Assembly (NCBI RefSeq): GCF_006345805.1 | Contig: NC_043001.1 | Coordinates: 53,444,001-53,508,000, forward strand | DNA from: Octopus sinensis | Taxonomy: Eukaryota | DNA length: 64,000 nucleotides | Direction of reading: 5' to 3' | Shown here: positions 39,630 to 54,412 of the stretch, piece after piece | Numbering within the stretch: the stretch's first letter is position 1 | How the letters are laid out: every line of letters begins with the position of its first letter | The notes under the pieces: model-generated | What the model saw: the letters and a program-made list of their open reading frames with translations, nothing else | Told to the model about the DNA's origin: nothing | Databases searched by the model: none | Position numbers and translations under genes: made by a program

Positions 39630-40670
39630 TATCGTTACTTGGATATTCAGCATGTCTTGGAGACTTGACAAAATCTGAATAAGAAAATCTATTCTTTATC
39701 CAAGAGCAGTATTAGCAAGATTATCTTTAGCAAGAAAGGAAGAGGGTTAATATCACTTGAAAAGTGTGTGGAATTAGAGTATCCTCTTATATAGGTAATT
39801 GTGAGAAAAGTTTATTAAGAGCTGCTAGAGTTACACTAAGACGCAGAGAAACCAAACAAGAAAAATGATAATAAAAGCAAGAAAAAAGAAAAAGGATTAT
39901 CTAACTGAAAAGAGAAGGTTTTGGATGGTAGATTCCCAAAGGTAGCTGCCGGAAATAATAATAATGAAATATGATTATGATTACAGACAGTAAGGCTGAA
40001 AAAGGAGATGGACAATTTATTTGTTGCAGCATAAGATGAAGTATTCAGGATTAATTGGATAAAAGCCAAGATAAACAAAATTTCCAAAATTGGTCTTATG
40101 AACTAAAAGAGGAAAGGGTTACTCAAATAGTAGGTGAATGTTGCATACTAGCACAGAAAGAATTCAAGAAATGAGATGACAACTTAGGGAGAGTGATCCA
40201 CTGCGAGTTCTGTGGGAAGCTAGGATTTGACCATACTGATAAATGGTAGGAACAAGAACCTAGTAAATTACTAGAAAGTAAGTAATGATAGATATGGTGG
40301 GATTTTAACATTCAAACTGAAAATAATAGAAACTAGAAGGCTTGATTTAGTAGATGTAGACAAAGAAAATAGAAAACGACAGGTAGTTGACTTTACGGTC
40401 CTAAATGATGAGAAAGTCAACACGAGAGGTAAAGAGAAAATAGCAAATGACCATGATCTGACCGTTGAATCACTACCAATACAGAGAAAACAGATTGCTA
40501 CAAATGTAAAGACAGAACACCTAGAAAAATCCTCATTGCTTGGAACTGCCACAGTTCCCTGCAGGGTGCTTGAAGTATGATCAGGAAACAAATATAATGA
40601 TAATTTGCTGGCTATGCGCAGCTGTAACTTACATGCTACCCAGACAAATAACCTGTGAGTTTTTACTAGA

Positions 40671-40673
<3 letters not shown>
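39630..40673 (+). mobile_element. Heavily decayed R4/Dong-type 3' region
   Basis: Remnants of the WWDFNIQT...RxDLV and LLGTA motifs. Followed by (TAA)n. Confidence 0.65.
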
Positions 40674-40724
<51 letters not shown>

Positions 40725-40819
40725 CCTTTCCACCATAAGTTACCAAAAATATGTAATGAAAGGAAATAAAAGAAGTAGCTGTAGAATATGTCGAGATGGA
40801 GAAGAAAGAATAAAACATA

Positions 40820-41418
40820 TTGACCGTGCCTGCCCAATCCTAGCTAAGAAGGAATAACTGAGAACTATATACACTGGAAGCTACGCCAACACTATTGAAT
40901 AACAACAGAAAATAGATGGTATAGGCACACATCAGAAAAGATCAGAGAAAATGAGAATGCAACCATACTCTGGGACATACGAATACACACACACAGAGAA
41001 ATTATGGCCAATAGGCCAGATATAGTTGTCAGAGATCACCAAGAAAAAAAAATGAATTTCAATCGATGTATCAATACCAACAGATGACAATGTTTCACTA
41101 AAAGAAACGGAAAAACTTTCAAAATGCAAAATTCTGGAAATAGAGGTAACTCGAATGTGGAGTGTAAAAACAGAAACATTTCCTATCAAAGTAGGCACAT
41201 TAGGTATGATACTAAAATGTTCAGATGAATACATAGCAAAATCACCAGGTCTAACAAATATATATAACAAACAGAAAATAGCATTTTTAGGCACTGCACA
41301 CATCCTACGTAAAATACTTCCAATACAGTAACAATAAAAGCATCACAACAGACCACAGCATATAGAGCAGCGCTCGGTAATGCAGTGAAAGCACATGATA
41401 AAAACAAAACTGCTGAAT
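40820..41418 (+). mobile_element. R4/Dong 3' fragment
   Basis: ILWD...ANRPDIVVRDH motif. 3' UTR resembles that of 9303-11330. Confidence 0.85.
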
Positions 41419-41444
41419 ACTACTACTACTAGTAGTAGTAGTAG

Positions 41445-41476
<32 letters not shown>

Positions 41477-41478
41477 AC

Positions 41479-41527
<49 letters not shown>

Positions 41528-41597
41528 AAGGAAAAGAAGAAGAAGAGGAAGAAGAAGAGGAAGAAAGGGGAGGGGGAGGGGGAGGAGGAGAAGAAGA

Positions 41598-41950
41598 AGA
41601 AATCGAAAAGTACAGACTACTAAAAGACGAAATTGCAAGAATGTGGAATATGAAGAGAATGTCTGTTATTCCAGTAGTTGTAGAAGCAGAAGTTCGATAA
41701 ACATGTCAAAAAAATTAGAATTGACATGAGAGCAGAGCAAGCCAAAAACTGCTCTGCAGGGGAGATCTAGGATTTTGAGATTGGTACTAAGATGTTGAAT
41801 GTCACCCAGGATAATTAACAGCCAAGTATGGAATCTTATAATGTGCCGAAAGAGACCCTATGCGACCTCTGTCATCAGGTTGCTGTCAGCTTTCATAGAA
41901 TCTACCAGAACAAATAAGACCGAACGGTCTGAGAAGTAAAAGCGTAATAA
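41598..41950 (+). mobile_element. R4/Dong-type 3' fragment, another subfamily
   Basis: IEKYRLLKDEIARMWNMKRMSVIPVVV. Confidence 0.7.
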
Positions 41951-42183
41951 TATTTGTTACATTATTGCCCACAGGGGGCTACTCACAGAGGGGATAAACA
42001 CGGACAGACAAAAGGATTAAGTTGATTACATCGACCCCAGTGCGTAGCTGGTACTTATTTAAATGACCCCGAATGCAGGAAAGGCAAAGTCGATCTCGGT
42101 GGAATTTGAACTCAGAACGTAACGGCAGACAAAATACCGCTAAGTATTTCGCCCAGCATGCTAACGATTCTGGCAGCACGAGA
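41950..42183 (-). mobile_element. SINE family B
   Basis: Reverse complement of family B. Confidence 0.8.
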
Positions 42184-42196
42184 CCTATATTAAATA

Positions 42197-42231
<35 letters not shown>

Positions 42232-42232
42232 T

Positions 42233-42310
<78 letters not shown>

Positions 42311-42324
42311 TAATACTAATAATG

Positions 42325-42405
<81 letters not shown>

Positions 42406-42415
42406 TAATGATAAT

Positions 42416-43173
42416 AACGGGCAAGAAAAACCTCTCTATGGCAAATACCCAAAGAGAGCGAATAACGCAGATATCGACAAAGCCCTGACCCATGAATGGC
42501 TAATGGCCTCTGGCTTAAAATCTGAAACAGAGATATTTATCATAGCAGCTCAAGATCAATGCCTACCAACAAGAAACTACCAGGCCAACATATTAAAGAA
42601 CGGCAGTAGCCCAACAAGTCGTGTATGCCGACAACAAAATGAAACCATTGATCATGTTGTCTCCAAATGCAGTCTTCTAGCGCCTACAGAGTACCTCAAT
42701 AGGCATGATAGAGCTGCACAATATATTCACTGGGTAATTTGCAGTGCTTGAAAATGACCACATCTCACTCCTCTGGAACTTCACCATTCAAACTGACAGG
42801 AAGATAGATGCAAATAGGCCAGACATCATATTGAAAGACTTCAGACAAAGAACATGCCTCCTCCTTGATATGACTGTCCCAATCGATATAAACGTATCTG
42901 TCAAGACCTACCAAAAACTGAGCAAATATAAAGATCTTGAAATAGAAATCAGCAAAATGTGGAAGCTGAAGACTAAAACAATACCTGTTGTCATAGGTGC
43001 CCTGGGAATGATAGCGAAAGGGACTGATTGCTACCTAACTCAGATACCAGGAAACCCCAAAATGGCAGAAATTCAAACGATAGTGCTCATGGGAACTGTC
43101 CATATCCGACGCAAAATACTCTCTATGTAATCCCAAGGTTTAAAACAAACTTTTTTTTATTCTTATTTTTATT

Positions 43174-43209
<36 letters not shown>

Positions 43210-43370
43210 TTTTTTTATGTATTAACCATTCACTAGTACAACACCAAAAAAAACAACAAAAAAAACCCCAAATATATGGCACAGAACTTCCAACCTGTTG
43301 TCTCTTGAGGTCTTTGGGTGAGACTTGGAGCCAACTTGTACAGACATAAAGCAAAAGTCAAACATAGAAT
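42416..43370 (+). mobile_element. R4/Dong 5'-truncated copy (Zn knuckle, RLE and 3' UTR)
   Basis: ORFs 42503-42751 and 42744-43130 (CRQQNETIDHVVSKC; RPDIILKD...LDMTVP...KYKDLEIE). (TAA)n on both sides. Confidence 0.93.
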
Positions 43371-43392
43371 AATAATAATAATAATAATAATA

Positions 43393-43427
<35 letters not shown>

Positions 43428-43519
43428 TGATGATAATAATAATAATAATAATAATATAATAATAATAATAATAATAATATAAAATAAAATATAATAATAA
43501 TAATGATGATGATGATAAT

Positions 43520-44010
43520 AAAGTGAATTCCAAGACAGATTATGATGTGCAGAATTGACAACACTGCCGATTGTGACAAATGCAAAATGTGTGGTGAGAG
43601 GGGTGAAACGTTATGGCACATCGTTAGCGAATGCCCGAAATTGACACAACGCGAATACAAACAACGCCATGACAATGTGGCAAAAATGATCACGGCCTAC
43701 AAAGAGCAAAAACGTGGTATGAGCAAATCCCAGAAGGATTCACCAAAAATGAGAGCTGCAAAATCCTGTCGGACTTAACGATCTAGTGCGATCTCCTGAC
43801 GAGATATAGAAAACTGGACATTGTTGTGGTGAATATAAAAGAAAGGAACATGTAGGATAATCGAAATAGCATGCCCTGGCGAAAAAAAGGATCAATGTGA
43901 AAGAAAAAATCTATTACGATTTTAAAGTGGGAAATACGAAGGTTTTGGTCAATGAAGAGAGCGGACGTGATGCCGATAGTAATTGGTGCACTTGGAATTA
44001 TCAGCACTCA
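43520..44010 (+). mobile_element. R4/Dong-type fragment (CCHC knuckle)
   Basis: CKMCGERGETLWHIVSEC...RHDNVAK. Confidence 0.8.
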
Positions 44011-44024
44011 ACTACCAACTGGTG

Positions 44025-44535
44025 GGAACACAAACCACCTCCAGTGCTCGAAAATGATTACATCTTACACCTCTGGAACTTATTCAAACTGTCAGAAAGA
44101 TAGATGCAAATAGGCCAGACATCATATTGAAAGACTTCAGACATAAATCATTCCTCCTCATTGACATGACTGTCCCAATCGATATAAACGTATCTGTCAA
44201 AACCTACCAGAAACTGAGCAAGTATAAAGATCTTGAAACAGAAATTAGCAAAATGTGGAATCTGAAGTCTAAAACAATACCTGTTGTCATAAGTACCCTA
44301 AGAATGTTAGCAAAACGGGCTGATTGCTACCTAGCTCAGATACCAGGAAACCCGGAAATGCCACAAATTTTTTTATGGTTTCTTAAACATTCTTTGAACA
44401 ATACTATGTACAAAACCAAATATATGGCACCCTACGCATAATACCAACATGAACTTCTAACTTGTTATCTCTTAAGGTCTCTGGGTGAGACTTGGAGCCA
44501 ACTTCTACAAATGCAAAGCAAAAGTCAAAGATAAC

Positions 44536-44540
<5 letters not shown>
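44025..44540 (+). mobile_element. R4/Dong 3' fragment with (TAA)n tail
   Basis: ORF 44127-44441 is close to 42744-43130 and has the same 3' UTR. Confidence 0.88.
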
Positions 44541-44590
<50 letters not shown>

Positions 44591-44606
44591 TAATGATGAT
44601 GATGAG

Positions 44607-44656
<50 letters not shown>

Positions 44657-44714
44657 TTTATTATATTATTATTATTATTATTATTTTATTATTTTTGTTA
44701 TAACGGTTTCATTT

Positions 44715-44877
44715 TTTCCACAAGGAGAGCAAATCTGAGGAAAGAATGATTCAATTCCATCGTCTCCGAAAATATGAATGTCGACGTCTACGGAATTTGA
44801 ACTCAAAAGGTAGCTACGTGTGGAATACAGCTACGCATTTCGTCCAGCGCGCTAACGATTCAGCTAGTTCGCCACCT
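44715..44877 (-). mobile_element. SINE family B (diverged)
   Basis: Reverse-complement head and B-box. Confidence 0.6.
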
Positions 44878-44904
44878 TATAGTAATGATGATGATGATAA
44901 TGAC

Positions 44905-44968
<64 letters not shown>

Positions 44969-46107
44969 ATGATGATGAGGATGATGATGAGTGTGATGAC
45001 GACGACGACAACAAAAGTAACAATTATGCTGGCAAAAATAGCTCAGAGCATATTACGTGATACACATGAATATCTCTACTCTTATTCAAGTGAGAATAAA
45101 ATTTCTAAGAAAACTGGAGCGAATATCTCTGAAATTCCATGTGAGGTATTAGACACGCGCTCATAAGTAGGTAAAAGCATATATGAATATGTACTTTAGG
45201 TTTTTATGGAGCCCATAAAGAAGAAATTTAAGCACCAAGTAGTCCACTCTAAACACGTGTATGCAAGGACACAGACCATATTACTGTTTGGTTTAGCCGT
45301 GTGTAAATTCTTCCACTGCATATGAATACTTAAGTTTCCCGTTCGCTTGTCGCCATCCCAGTGAAACATATAGAAAGAAAACCAAAGAGAATATGTTGTA
45401 TCATCATCATTCTAGATAGACAATCAGAAGATAATAATTTAGCCTGGATTTTCAGATCAATAACCGATTGAAGGAATAAAAAATTGATTTGCAACCAACG
45501 AATTCTCGACTGAACAACAGTCTCCAGATAACAAGAGGTCATGTGTGAGAAGTGATATCTATATTAAAACTAAAATAATGAGAAAAATATGCCCGTAAAT
45601 GCATCAGACATACATCCAATTTTGTATGCACTTCTCTCTACTCTTTCTCCCTCTTTACATACACACAGACTCAAACACATACACACACGTAATTATATAA
45701 ATTTATTATGTATTGAAACTGAAAGCCAGCGTTTCTATCGCAACTCACGTTTCACGCCAATGGAATATACGAGAGAACATAATTCTGCATCGGTTGTATG
45801 TGTCCAATATATATATATGTATATATATATAATATATATATCTGATATATATATATATTATATATATTATATCATATATATATATATATATATATAGATA
45901 CATAGATACATATCTATATATATATATATATATAATACATATATATATGTATACATACGTATATATATATATATATAATATATAGATATTATATATATGT
46001 ATATATATGTATATATACATATATATAGATACATACATATACATAGATACATATATATATGTATATATATATATATATATATACATATATATGTATATAT
46101 AATATAT

Positions 46108-46159
<52 letters not shown>

Positions 46160-46386
46160 TATATGTGTGTGTGTGTGTGTGCACATATATTTGCTCGTGT
46201 ATTTTTTTATGAAACGGTGCAGTTTTTTTTTGTTCATATGTTATTGTCTATATTGCTATTTTAATAATCAATTGTGTCTCGTGTATATATTTCTGTATTT
46301 ATGTGTGTATATATATAATATATTTTTTCTATATTGAATATTAAGAACTGTATTTTAGAAAAAACAACAACTAAGGGTGGTGTGTT

Positions 46387-46422
<36 letters not shown>

Positions 46423-46895
46423 GTTTGATGGTCAGATGGTTTTTGCAGGACAACTTTTAGTAAACGGGGTTGTTGGGACACAGTTCTATGCGCACGCAAA
46501 TGTGTGTCTTGGAATTTCTATTTCTTCATATTACGTCAATTCTTGGGGAAACTACTGGTGCATCTATGAGCGCATGGTCGTTTCTACGTATATCGCTAGA
46601 GGAGATATCGCTACTACTTCTAGCGGTCGAGAATCTACCATTGACTAGATCAAGGAAGGACGATATCACGTCATCACAGCCTTGGCGGTGACAATGGCGG
46701 GTGATTTATACTCCGCTTGCGATGTTAACAAGAGTGCTTATATACACCAAAAGGTCATACGAGATGTTCACTCATATTAACTAGCGCAGTATACTGTGAT
46801 CTAACACTAAATCCACTTTTTTAAATAGGTTTAAATACATGTGTATGTGTGTGAGTGTGTGAGGAGAGGTGTAAGTGTGCGTGAATGTGTGTGTG

Positions 46896-47493
46896 TACGA
46901 GGGGCGTTCACAAAGTAATGCCTCTGACCCACTGCCCATAGCAGTAGAGCAACGAAACTTGGCACAGTTATTAGTATTTTTCTACATAGGAACCACCCAG
47001 AGTTTACGCATTTCTCCCTTGTTTGATGCGGCTCTGAGACCGTTTTTGTGAAGAACCCAGCTTGGTCCTCCAACCTCAACGTGACTTCAGAAATCAAGGC
47101 TGCATCATCTGGGAAACGCTTTCCTTTCAAAAACACTTCATGATTGGGAAGAGGTGAAAATCAGAGGATGCAAGGTCAGGAAAGTAGGGGGGATGGGGAG
47201 AATTTCATAGCCATACGCCTGTGCTTTCTGATCTGGCGACAAGCGAGTTGTGGACCGGAGCGTTGTCCTGCAGGAGGAGGATGCCTTTGCTGATCTTGCC
47301 CCGCCTCTTGATTTTGATAACTTCTCTTAATTTCCTCAAAAGTGAAGCATAATAGGCTCCTGCAATTGTGGTACCCTTTGCCAGGAAATCTATCATCACT
47401 ACTCCATCCTGGTCCCAGAAGACTGTCAGCAAGACCTTGCCAGCGGAGGGCTGCACCCTTGCCTTCTTTGGAGGGGGTGAGTCACGGTGCTTC
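46896..47493 (-). mobile_element. Mariner 3' half, same family as 1-1173, 5'-truncated
   Basis: 3' TIR TACGAGGGGCGTTCACAAAGTAATG. Near-identical to 1-507 over the shared span. Confidence 0.95.
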
Positions 47494-47600
47494 ATCAACA
47501 ATGACTGATAGAATAAGTACTAGGTTTACAAAGAACAAGTCCTAGGTGTCAATTTGCTCGACTAAAGGTGATACCCCACCATGGCCACAGTCAAACGACT
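47494..47600 (+). mobile_element. SINE family A 3' fragment at the mariner breakpoint
   Basis: gatagaataagtactagg...atggccacagtcaaa tail. Confidence 0.7.
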
Positions 47601-47782
47601 ATATATATATGTATATTGATATATATATATATATATATAATATATATGTATATTGATATATATATATATATATATAATCTATATACATATATATACTACA
47701 TATTATATATATATATATATAATATATATATACATATATACATATATATATTTTATATACATAATATAATATATATATATAC

Positions 47783-47834
<52 letters not shown>

Positions 47835-48099
47835 CATATATATATTTACAACCTCACGCTAGAAGGTACAGCTAAAGTCCAAACCACTATGATCGATAAA
47901 AACTCAAAGGAATGGAACATAAAAACATTTACCATCTCTCTCCTTGACCATGGTTTCTGGCGTACTTTAGCACATAAAATAATTTGCTAGGCAAAGTCTT
48001 CATCAACAGGTACGCCTAGATTAAACATATAAGTGCGAGGCAAATCCAGGATGTGCCTCTTGCATATACATTATAACTTCTCAAATCCACCTGCATCTT

Positions 48100-48273
48100 G
48101 CATGTGAGCTGCTAGATGCAGGAGGAAAGGGTGAGAGAAAGTTGTGGTGAAAGAGTCAGCAGAAGTTTGCCATTACTTTCTGCCGAAGCAGCGTAGAGCT
48201 TAGGTATTTCGCTCATAAACACACACATCACCCGGTCTGAGATTCGAACCTGCGATCCTTCGACCGCGAGTCC
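48100..48273 (-). mobile_element. tRNA-derived SINE, a third family
   Basis: The minus strand carries B-box GGTTCGAATC (plus strand gattcgaacc) after a tRNA-like head. Confidence 0.6.
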
Positions 48274-48276
48274 GTG

Positions 48277-48312
<36 letters not shown>

Positions 48313-48316
48313 CTTG

Positions 48317-48350
<34 letters not shown>

Positions 48351-48676
48351 TTATACATATCCTCCAAAAGTGTGCGCATGGTTAGATTTATCGAAATATC
48401 GAGACAGCCATAAAATCTCTCGTGCCAGAAGTGATTTCTCTATCTCTCAATTGATACGTATCTGCATATGAACACACATAAATACAGAAACATGCCTGCA
48501 CATACGGACACACAACGCACAAAGAAACACGCACATATACACTTTATTAATCGTTTCAGTCATTAGACTGCAACCATGCTGTGGCACATACATGAAGAAT
48601 AGAAGATGAACGCTTAGAACCCAGTATTTAAACTTTTAATGCCTGTTTCACGTTCTCAGCATCAGTTTGGCCGATA

Positions 48677-48693
48677 GATAGATATATATATAT

Positions 48694-48762
<69 letters not shown>

Positions 48763-48770
48763 CAGACATA
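48677..48770. repeat. (GATA)n microsatellite
   Basis: Directly visible. Confidence 0.97.
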
Positions 48771-48785
48771 TAGATAGATACGTAT

Positions 48786-49165
48786 AGGCATAGGTGTGGC
48801 TATATGATAAGAAGCTTCCGAACCACATGCTTCCGGGTTCATTCCCACAGCGTGGCACATAGGGCAAGTGTCTTCTACTATAGCCTCGGGCCGATCAAAG
48901 ATTTGTGAGTGGATTTGGTTGACAGAAAGTGAAAGAAGCCCGTCGTATATATTTGTGTGTGTGTTTCTGTATCTGCGTCTGTTCCAACACTATCGCTTGA
49001 CAATATGTGTTAGTGTGTTTCCATACCCGTAACTTAGCAGTTCGACAAAAGATTTTCATAGCATGAGTTCCAGTCTTACAAACAATAAGCCCTGGGGTTG
49101 ATTTTTTCGACTATAGGCGGTGATTCGGCATGGCTACAGTCAAATAACCGAGACAAGTAACAAAA
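48786..49165 (+). mobile_element. SINE family A
   Basis: Head, body and tail match family A. Confidence 0.85.
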
Positions 49166-49167
49166 TG

Positions 49168-49206
<39 letters not shown>

Positions 49207-49533
49207 ATATACATATATATAATATATATATATATATATTTTATACACACACTATATAAGTGTGTAAAGTTTATCTGTCTCTCTCCTCCTCTTCTCTCTC
49301 TATATATATATGTATGGGGTGTGTGTGTGTGTGTGTGAGGAGGTTGGAAGGATCACACAAGTTGATATGTATAAGGAAAATAAGTTAAGGTAGAATATGC
49401 TAAAATAATTTCATCATGAAGAATATTTTAGTTATGGTTCCAGTCTCCGCGACTTTTCAGCTGGGAGTAAAGCATGAAAGCAATTGAATTGTGGAAAACT
49501 TAAATGGACTGTTTTTTAAAATATAATAATAAC

Positions 49534-49617
<84 letters not shown>

Positions 49618-49874
49618 CATAATAATAATAATAATAACATCGAAAAATACCTTAGGGATGAGAACCCAATTTCCTAATATCCGTCAGATGTAAATAATGT
49701 ACATAATTACATATCTCTTAAATATAAAAATAAAAAAAAAAACAGTTCATTCATTTTTTCCACAAATTAATAGTTTCTCATAGCTTACTCTAAGTTGAAA
49801 AAGACTGAAATCGGTACTAAAATGTCCTTTATGATAAAATTATTTTAGCATCTTGTGCCTTGTCTGATTTCCCT

Positions 49875-49929
<55 letters not shown>

Positions 49930-51368
49930 TTGTGTGTGTGTGTGTGTGTGTTTGTATGTGTGTGTGTGTGTGTGCGTGTGTGAGTATATGTATATATATA
50001 TATATGGAAATAGATATCTAGATATACATATATATATATATGATGATACTTGTATATATGTGAGCGCGTGTGTGCGTGCGTATGTACATACTTATATTTA
50101 TACAAACACACTCTGAATTCGTTACAGAATGTATCTCATTGCGCTCTTTCGCGAAGTTTTTATGGTTTTACGAGCGATATATCTGTGACTTTTGGCAGAA
50201 GCTCTATGTGAATATTTGTGAATTCTCTTCTGTTTGTTATGGATTTTTCTAGTATTTATATTTTGCCTAGTTTTACTTCGGTCACCTTGTATAAAACGAT
50301 GTCTAATGCAAAGAGTTTCATATTGCATTTTATAGTTGATATATTTATTGTGTTTGAGAATTATATTTCTGTTTCACCAAGACATACATCTTGATGTTCA
50401 CTTGACTCATCACACTGTTTGTATGAGTGCTTTGATGATAAGAAATGAAATTTTAGTCTGTGTATGCTATGCAATTTCGCAGTGTGGATATGTTTGGGAA
50501 TATTGCAACACTCTTATTTGTTTTTAACATTTGTTTGCGTACATTCTTACTTAAGATTGTATATTCATCTCCATACATTTTTAGCGCTATTGCGTTTTGC
50601 ATATAACAATAATAGTCCAATTTCTTTGCTGTATTGCAAGTCCAATTATATTCAAAATTGTTTGAATATATTTCATTCAAATGTTGTTTATGTAACTTGT
50701 ATCTCGGATACCTACATAGTCTTTGATCACATAATAGAAAACCTTATTTAACGAAGAATAGGCTTGTGAACGGATAGTTCGAGCCAGCAATTTGGGATAC
50801 ACTGCATTAAAATTTTGCTGGAGTAATGAGTATTTTATCTGAATGAAAGAAATGGAATAGATGAAAAGATAACGGTCACAGTATTGGAGAGAGAGCTGGG
50901 CAAAAGTTAATATCCACCAGTTATGAAATCGACAATAAATTGGGGAGTGGACAAAGATATTTTTATAACGATAAAATAAAAAAAATAAAACTTTCATAGC
51001 AAAACTTTAAAGAGGTGCAGTGAATTAAACATTGCTTTATGTAAATTTATTATAATCAGTATTAAATATCTTGTATGCGTATAAATTCGGTTTTTGACAT
51101 CCAAAAATATACGTCCTAAAATAGCTACAGCATTCATTTAAAAGTTAGTAAATTTATGACATGAATGACCAACAGATTTCAAGTTTATTACAAAAATATT
51201 TCAAAATCATTTCAACAGTCAAAGAACATTCTTGTTCGTATGATGAATACCAAAGTAAATTTATGAATAGCTAAGTGACATTTCGACGATTTTCTATCAA
51301 ACAATACCGTTAATCAATAATAAATATCTGAGCGAGATATAAACAGTAGCAGCACGACATCGTAAATT

Positions 51369-51578
51369 ATATCTGCCACTTAAAGGAGGCTGACCCACAT
51401 GGGACGATGCTAATGTAGTTTATAGCCCCAGGAATACTTCTCCTCCAGCTGGCTAATAACATCTGCATGTCGCGCACATATGGACAAAGTGTCATTAGAC
51501 AGCTGGGGATGTCTCCCTGGGGCTACAAACTACATTAGCATCGTCCCATATGTGTCGGCCACATTTAGGTGGCAAATA
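51369..51578. mobile_element. Foldback, MITE-like (arms ~90 bp, loop ~28 nt)
   Basis: atgggacgatgctaatgtagttt is mirrored by aaactacattagcatcgtcccat. Termini TATCTGCCAC...GTGGCAAATA. Confidence 0.8.
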
Positions 51579-51719
51579 TACATCACCAATACCATTAATA
51601 TTTCTTTCTAAAGTATCCAATACTGAAATGTTTGTATTCAAAGAACATTTCTGCAAATTAAATGGAAAGCAAGCATATGAAAATAAAACTGACATTTAAA
51701 ACACTTATATATCTAATGT

Positions 51720-53050
51720 TATATCTGCTCGGTTGTTCGGGTGAATGGTTACCTGTCAGAGCCAGTCAGCATCTAGCGTTCGGTCCGCCAAGTGTGCCCT
51801 CCCTCTCTCCCCTTCTAATGTACTGACTCTTGAGCCATTACTGCGGAAGTTGTAGGGAGTATCGTGCGTGATCTAGGATGTGGAGAAGTATGTCTGCATA
51901 CGCGGATGAAATCACCATCATAGTGTCGAGCCACAGGCATATAGACCTGATTGGAGAAACGCTACAGGAATATGAAGCGGTAACAGGAGCAAAATTTAAC
52001 GCGGAAAAGTCAGGTACAACTCGACACCTGGAAAGGCACGTCCATGCAGTCCAAAGCGTAGTGGAGCGCTGGACTGACGGTCCAGTTAAGTTGCTCGGAG
52101 TTTGGCTTCGTCCGGACTCGCAGGTGCAGAAAAAACTGGGATGAGGTGATGATAGCCAATCACACCAAGAAATAGGCCGAGAGAAAGCTGTCCCTGAAAT
52201 ATCGAGCGGAGGTGGCGAATGCGTACATCGTATCTGTCACCTATTACCGCTTGACTCTCTTCCCTTGTCCTCTTTGCTGGTTGACCAAGATGATGTGCTT
52301 ACTCTTCCGCTTTCTGTGGAGGGGTGTTCTCCACTGGCCAGGCGCTCCATCTGCTAATAACAGCCACTGAATGGAGGGTTGGGCATACCGTGGTTACTGA
52401 TACGCAGACATACACGAAGGTTGCAGCATCTCCAGCATTTCCTTGACGGTGACCGAGTATTGCTGACCTGTGGGTTTATGTCGAACATCTGCTGTCGCGT
52501 GTGGATCGGGCTATCAGCTGAATCCATTGTGAAGATTGCCCCGCCACCCTATTTTGGCCGGGAGGAGCAGACAATTTTTATTTGTCTAGTGGCTATAGCA
52601 AAGGAGATAGCATGGTGGACACGTTTGAAACGGCTCAAAGGCGGACACTTTCCTGTTTGGCCAAGCCCTCATCAAATTTTTGAAGTTTCACTTGAAAAGG
52701 AAGTTGAGGATGGAGAGGGAAGCGTTGCCTTGTGGCAAGTTTGCTGAAAAGTGGGTAAATGTTGGAAGAATGGTCACTGTGAAAGGACCAATTCTGAGCG
52801 TGCGCCTGTAAAAAAAGGAGAGTGCCCTTGTCCTGTTGTTGAGGCACCCGTGGCTTTTGTGGGGCTTCAATAAGGTTCTTAAAGCCTCTCCCCTATTGGA
52901 AGTATTACATTGTTTAATTTTAATTGTTATTTATATTGTTTACATGTTGTAAAACCCATTGTATCGTCCTGTTTTTTTCTCTTCTAGTATGTTGTATGTC
53001 TTTTAAATGTAATTTTATGCGAGCTCTTGTGGCCAATAAAATAATAAATC
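51720..53050 (+). mobile_element. Tx1/L1-type LINE ORF2 relic (RT to 3' end)
   Basis: PLSPLL..LTLEPLLRKL, SAYADEIT, YEAVTGAKFNAEKS, VKLLGVW and GGLGIPWL motifs. AATAAA near 53035. Confidence 0.85.
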
Positions 53051-53069
53051 GTTATTATTATTATTATTA

Positions 53070-53165
<96 letters not shown>

Positions 53166-53166
53166 T

Positions 53167-53725
53167 TGAGTGAGAGAGAGAAGTGCATGCTATCAAAGTG
53201 TCACCGGGGTAAAATATTCGACTCCCAGAAAAACGATAATTACTACACGTCTGATAGGGGTACACCAAGCACATGCATTACAACCATATGTGCATGACAT
53301 GGTGATTTCATATCAAGATTAACAACGCATGAATTGTTAGAATTTCCTTCGGATTGAGTAGCCCATGCCACTCAAAATGTCTCTGAATTAGTGTGGCTTA
53401 AGGATGTTGAACGAAACACATGTTTCCAAAGATGAATTATCCAAACTCCAAAGAATTCTTCTCAACACATGATTATGATGCTCCCTTATTGTTTCTCATC
53501 AAAGGTGCGCATATCGTGATCAAAACGTGCACATATCATCACCCACTAAGCGAAATGTTCAACGGGTTAAGGTCAAACAACTGACAAGAAATTCTGTGGC
53601 ATTGAGCAGAATATTTTCTGTAGCCCATCTTTTATACCAACACGAAACAATGTACATGATAACACTTACAATCGGTTAAGACCAGAAGCCATGAGAGCAA
53701 CTGCCTGATATTTTCATCAGGACAC
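53167..53725 (-). mobile_element. Family D element, diverged full-length copy
   Basis: Colinear with 8036-8603. Flanked by trinucleotide repeats. Confidence 0.85.
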
Positions 53726-53732
53726 ATTATTA

Positions 53733-53789
<57 letters not shown>

Positions 53790-53844
53790 CATCATCACCA
53801 ACTACAACAACACAACAACAACAACAACAACAACAACAATAATG

Positions 53845-53904
<60 letters not shown>

Positions 53905-54169
53905 GTAATAATAATAATAATACTTATTTTTAAATAAGCTGATGTTGCAAATCACTTCAATTAATTTAACAACTATGCAAATAGCTACAATGTTAGAAAT
54001 AACTTACAAATTTGCATCTTTAGTTTCGCAAGTATTTTACAATATATTTTCGGACCAGAAGCAAGTTATAATTAAGTATGTATTTTTAGGTGAATAAATT
54101 TTCCACACTCTTGATAGACATGGGAGAGTCAAATCTTAAACAACATATATCTTAAAATTTAACAAGCAG

Positions 54170-54239
<70 letters not shown>

Positions 54240-54284
54240 ATATATATATATATATATACGTATATATATATATATATATATATG

Positions 54285-54404
<120 letters not shown>

Positions 54405-54412
54405 ATATAAAT

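Noticed and set aside
45740-45805. Possible degenerate hammerhead on the minus strand
   Set aside because: Too many core mismatches to distinguish from chance.
50122-50997. Run of minus-strand ORFs as a host gene
   Set aside because: AT-rich, interrupted by stops, no recognisable domain or splice structure.
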